Shown in pieces: positions 57,135 to 59,894 of a stretch of 59,894 nucleotides of DNA. Origin of the DNA: Candidatus Buchananbacteria bacterium (GTDB lineage Bacteria; Patescibacteriota; Patescibacteriia; Buchananbacterales; UBA6539); NCBI GenBank assembly GCA_041664165.1, contig JBAYLH010000007.1, forward strand, positions 1 to 59,894, in the 5' to 3' direction. The notes beneath the pieces are model-generated. The model was given only the letters and a program-made list of their open reading frames with translations, made no database searches and had not been told where the DNA came from. Within the stretch, counting starts at the first letter, position 1, and each line of letters begins with the position of its first letter. The position numbers and the translations under genes are program-made.

Positions 57135-58307
57135 TCAGAACTGACGCTTAAAAATATAAATCTGCCGCCAGACTTTCTGGCCTTCGCGGCTGTAAATTAA
57201 TTTATCGGCATTAACTTGGCTAAAACCAAGTTTTTTGATTTGGTCTAAAATCGGCATTTCTAAAATTTGGCTGCCCACCCGAAAAGACGGAAAAATCATC
57301 ACCACTTTGCCGCCATTATTTAAAATCTTTCGAAACTCGGAAAACGCCTCAATATACAGCTCGGCTAAGCCCTTAATATTTTTTTCAACTTCGTGCCGGT
57401 CTTCACTGCCTCGCAGCGGCGGGCCCAAATGCGGTTCAGTCACAATGGCATCAACATTACTGACTTTACTGGATACATTTTTAACATCAACTTGAAAAAC
57501 TTGAAACTGATTTCTGCCTGCCCGCCGAAGAGGCGGATTTTCTGTTTTCTGTTTTCTGTTCTCTGTTCTCTGTTCTCTGTTTTCTGCTCTCTGTTCTCTG
57601 TTCTCCAAAAGCCACTCTAAGTTCTTCTTGGTATCTTTAATCGCTTTTTCAGCAATATCCGAACCAATCATTTTGTAGCCCAAAAGTAACCCTTCCTGAA
57701 GCATCGTGCCGGAGCCGCAAAACGGATCTAAAATTGTTTCGCCGACTGGCAGCTGAGCCAAGTTAATCATAATCTTCGCCAGCTTCGGCGGCATGCTGCC
57801 CGCGACTAAATCGCGGCTTGGCCGGCCGTAATCGCGGAAACTATAGTCTTCAAATTCCTGAACCGCGCCGGTTTCACCCAGCCACTTATTGCCTAAAATT
57901 AAAAATTCATGGCATTTATTTTTTGTTACCACTACCGATGACAAAGCTTTGTCTCGACTGACCACTAACCGGCAGCTGATGCCGGCGTCTTTTAATTCTT
58001 TTTTAATTTCCATGCCGAAATTATCGGGTTTAGCATCGTAATAACTAATGCCGAAGTTAAGCTTGTTTTCGGCTTTTATCTGTTTCAATTTTTCTATCGT
58101 TACTTTTTTACTGATTTGGCTGCCGATAATGGTGCCGATTTTAATCGTGCCACCTAACCGCGCTAAAATTTTCTGGCAGTCAATTTCTTCATTTTCCAAA
58201 ATCAAAAAAGTACTGGTTTCGGCAACGACTTTGGCGTGAGGCAAAACCGCTAGAATTTCCGCCGCGGAAAGCTTGGGGTTATGGCCTAAAATGAAAACAT
58301 ACTGCAT
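57135..58307 (-). CDS. Trm11/Trm14-like RNA methyltransferase with an in-frame repeat insertion
   Basis: DYGRPSRD, SMPPKLAKIMINLA, ILDPFCGSGT and IVTEPHLGP motifs. Confidence 0.85.
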   Translation of the reverse strand: MQYVFILGHNPKLSAAEILAVLPHAKVVAETSTFLILENEEIDCQKILARLGGTIKIGTIIGSQISKKVTIEKLKQIKAENKLNFGISYYDAKPDNFGMEIKKELKDAGISCRLVVSRDKALSSVVVTKNKCHEFLILGNKWLGETGAVQEFEDYSFRDYGRPSRDLVAGSMPPKLAKIMINLAQLPVGETILDPFCGSGTMLQEGLLLGYKMIGSDIAEKAIKDTKKNLEWLLENREQRAENREQRTENRKQKTENPPLRRAGRNQFQVFQVDVKNVSSKVSNVDAIVTEPHLGPPLRGSEDRHEVEKNIKGLAELYIEAFSEFRKILNNGGKVVMIFPSFRVGSQILEMPILDQIKKLGFSQVNADKLIYSREGQKVWRQIYIFKRQF

Positions 58308-58434
58308 ATTATTAAAAAGATATTAATAAGGCAATTGAACTTAAAACCTACCAACTTATTAACTTATCAACTTAAAAACTTACTAAACGACTCTCCAGCG
58401 CCAACTTACCAACTTAAGTATACCACATCCGTTC

Positions 58435-58483
58435 AAAAAAAGACCCCGGAAAGCCAAGGTTTGAAAACCAAGGTTTCCCGGGG
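58435..58483 (-). terminator. Probable terminator after the 58512-59363 gene
   Basis: CCCCGGAAA...TTTCCCGGGG stem with A-run on the + strand. Confidence 0.55.
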
Positions 58484-58511
58484 AAAATGTATCAAGGGCA
58501 GCTCGACATCC

Positions 58512-59363
58512 TTACTTCGGAGGACCGGAGAGCGCCATTCTTAAACGGCGCGCAAATATGCGTGCCAAAAGACTGCCTTTCCTAAACGGCTTTAATCGAG
58601 CCGCAATCGCTTTTTCCACATCTTCGGGAGAAATAACTGGTGCCGGCGGCTTTGACTGCGGGTTAGTAACAGTTTCCTCTGCAACCGGCGGCTTTGACTG
58701 TGAGCTGGTCGCGGCTTGGCGGTAAATCACCATGAGCTTTTGGACATCATCAAGCAAACTCGCCGAAGCGTACCGACCCTCTATTCCGTCAATGGCCTTG
58801 CGGATCTCGTCCAGCTCTTCTCGCGCCGTTTTCTCGGCCATGCACTCTTGAGCCGCTTCCTGCAGGTCTTTGAGCTCCGCCCGACCGGCCAAAAAGCGGC
58901 AAAGCAGGTCGCCGTCGGCAACGTGAGACGTGCCCGGCACGTCCGGCTGGGTGGTAAAGATCTCATCCAACCGGCCTTTCTCACCCCGTGCGATCACGCG
59001 CAAGACATAGACAATGTGGGCGCAGACAACCTCTACGATTTCGGCCAACTGTCCTGAATCGCAAACGAAGGCTTTGCTCAATTCAATCCCATTCTGATTT
59101 ACTTCCAGGATAGCCGGATAGCTTAGAGAATTACCTCGCGGCCCCGACCATTTGACAAAAATCGCGATTACACCGCGGTCTGTGCCCAGATCTGCCAGAT
59201 CAAAAGAGATTGTACCCTCCCTTTCTTGACCCAGATCAGCCGATGTCGGTACTGAACTACCCAGCAACCAAAAACGAGTTGCTGGATCCTTTGGACTCAT
59301 TGCTATCGTCGTTGAGTCCTGTCTTCGGTCTACTGCAAATAATTGACTCAGATCCATTTCCAT
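58512..59363 (-). CDS. Hypothetical protein
   Basis: 283-aa ORF, SD GAGGAG (start may be ATG 59357), own TTGACA promoter near 59520; no family recognised. Confidence 0.7.
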   Translation of the reverse strand: MEMDLSQLFAVDRRQDSTTIAMSPKDPATRFWLLGSSVPTSADLGQEREGTISFDLADLGTDRGVIAIFVKWSGPRGNSLSYPAILEVNQNGIELSKAFVCDSGQLAEIVEVVCAHIVYVLRVIARGEKGRLDEIFTTQPDVPGTSHVADGDLLCRFLAGRAELKDLQEAAQECMAEKTAREELDEIRKAIDGIEGRYASASLLDDVQKLMVIYRQAATSSQSKPPVAEETVTNPQSKPPAPVISPEDVEKAIAARLKPFRKGSLLARIFARRLRMALSGPPK

Positions 59364-59572
59364 CTCCTCATTAGCGCCAGCTCATTGCTGCGCGCCAGTC
59401 AAGGAACAATCGGTGTCTACCAACGTAGCACACCTGAGGCAGCCGCTCCTGCCCTGCGAGGTTGCAAAACCACAGTGGTTTTGAACTCTAAATCCTAGTC
59501 TATTTTTCAAGATTTGTCAATGCCAACAACACTTTAAATTCTTTAAATACCAAAAAATCAATAAAACCTTTC

Positions 59573-59894
59573 AATTTGTCATTCCGCACTGGTTTATTGA
59601 CGATAGGCTTGATGCGGAATCCAGGAGTCCTTTTTTGCCGCCCATGGCGACATAAGCCCAGGGCTACGCCTCATAACAAATCTCGGATTCCCAAGCCGCG
59701 CCGTCTGGCGGAAACCAACACTTGTGTTGGCCGCTAAAACTACAAAACAAGTTTTGTTCACCTCGATTCGGCGAAGCGGGCTCGCCTCGCTTGACGCGAG
59801 TCGAAGCGGGCTCGCCTCGCTTGACGCGAGTCGAAGCGGGCTCGCCTCGCTTGACGCGAGTCGAAGCGGGCTCGCCTCGCTTGACGCGAGTCGA
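59573..59894. repeat. Composite repeat element copy 3, truncated by the window end; includes a 30-bp tandem repeat
   Basis: TTGACGCGAGTCGAAGCGGGCTCGCCTCGC repeated exactly three times from 59791 plus a partial fourth. Confidence 0.92.

Noticed and set aside
59760-59894. Repeat arrays here and at 48440-48570 and 51470-51655 as CRISPR arrays
   Set aside because: The linkers are only 6-25 nt and are reused rather than unique spacers, some units are exact 30-bp tandem repeats, and no cas genes are present.
1-59894. Alternative genetic code (UGA recoding as in Gracilibacteria)
   Set aside because: All housekeeping genes are full length under the standard bacterial code.

Overview
Bacterial chromosome segment in the standard genetic code. 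It is most consistent with a Patescibacteria/CPR (Parcubacteria-like) genome; this is inferred from the giant Cys-rich surface protein, VirB2-like pilins, secG-oppA synteny and SD-less core genes. The housekeeping backbone comprises rsmA, tsaC, a FemAB-family gene, leuS, uvrA, secG, tRNA-Leu(CAG), rnj, trpS, gdhA, murI, a PMM/PGM gene, elp3, glyA, folD, ychF and a Trm11-like methyltransferase. Main points of interest: (1) A dsbA-led operon of three paralogous VirB2/TrbC-type pilins, each fused to a different C-terminal domain: a T4-type lysozyme with intact catalytic motif, an M15-like Zn peptidase, and an unknown domain. This looks like a polymorphic pilus-borne cell-wall-hydrolase system. 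(2) Repeated duplication of gene 3' ends: three extra tRNA-Leu 3' fragments, two of them split in the T-loop by the same palindromic element, and two extra copies of the rnj 3' end, each preceding an AT-rich accessory gene. (3) Accessory cassettes with their own promoters and canonical SD sites (purB-bfn-purH, gfo-purC, an FGGY kinase and hypotheticals), bounded by a composite repeat element. (4) Palindromic and 7-bp microsatellite insertions read in-frame inside core enzymes. (5) A T-box leader upstream of trpS with a small Cys-rich ORF in between. No integrase, transposase, cas gene or rRNA was recognised. All family calls come from motif reading only; no database search was run.
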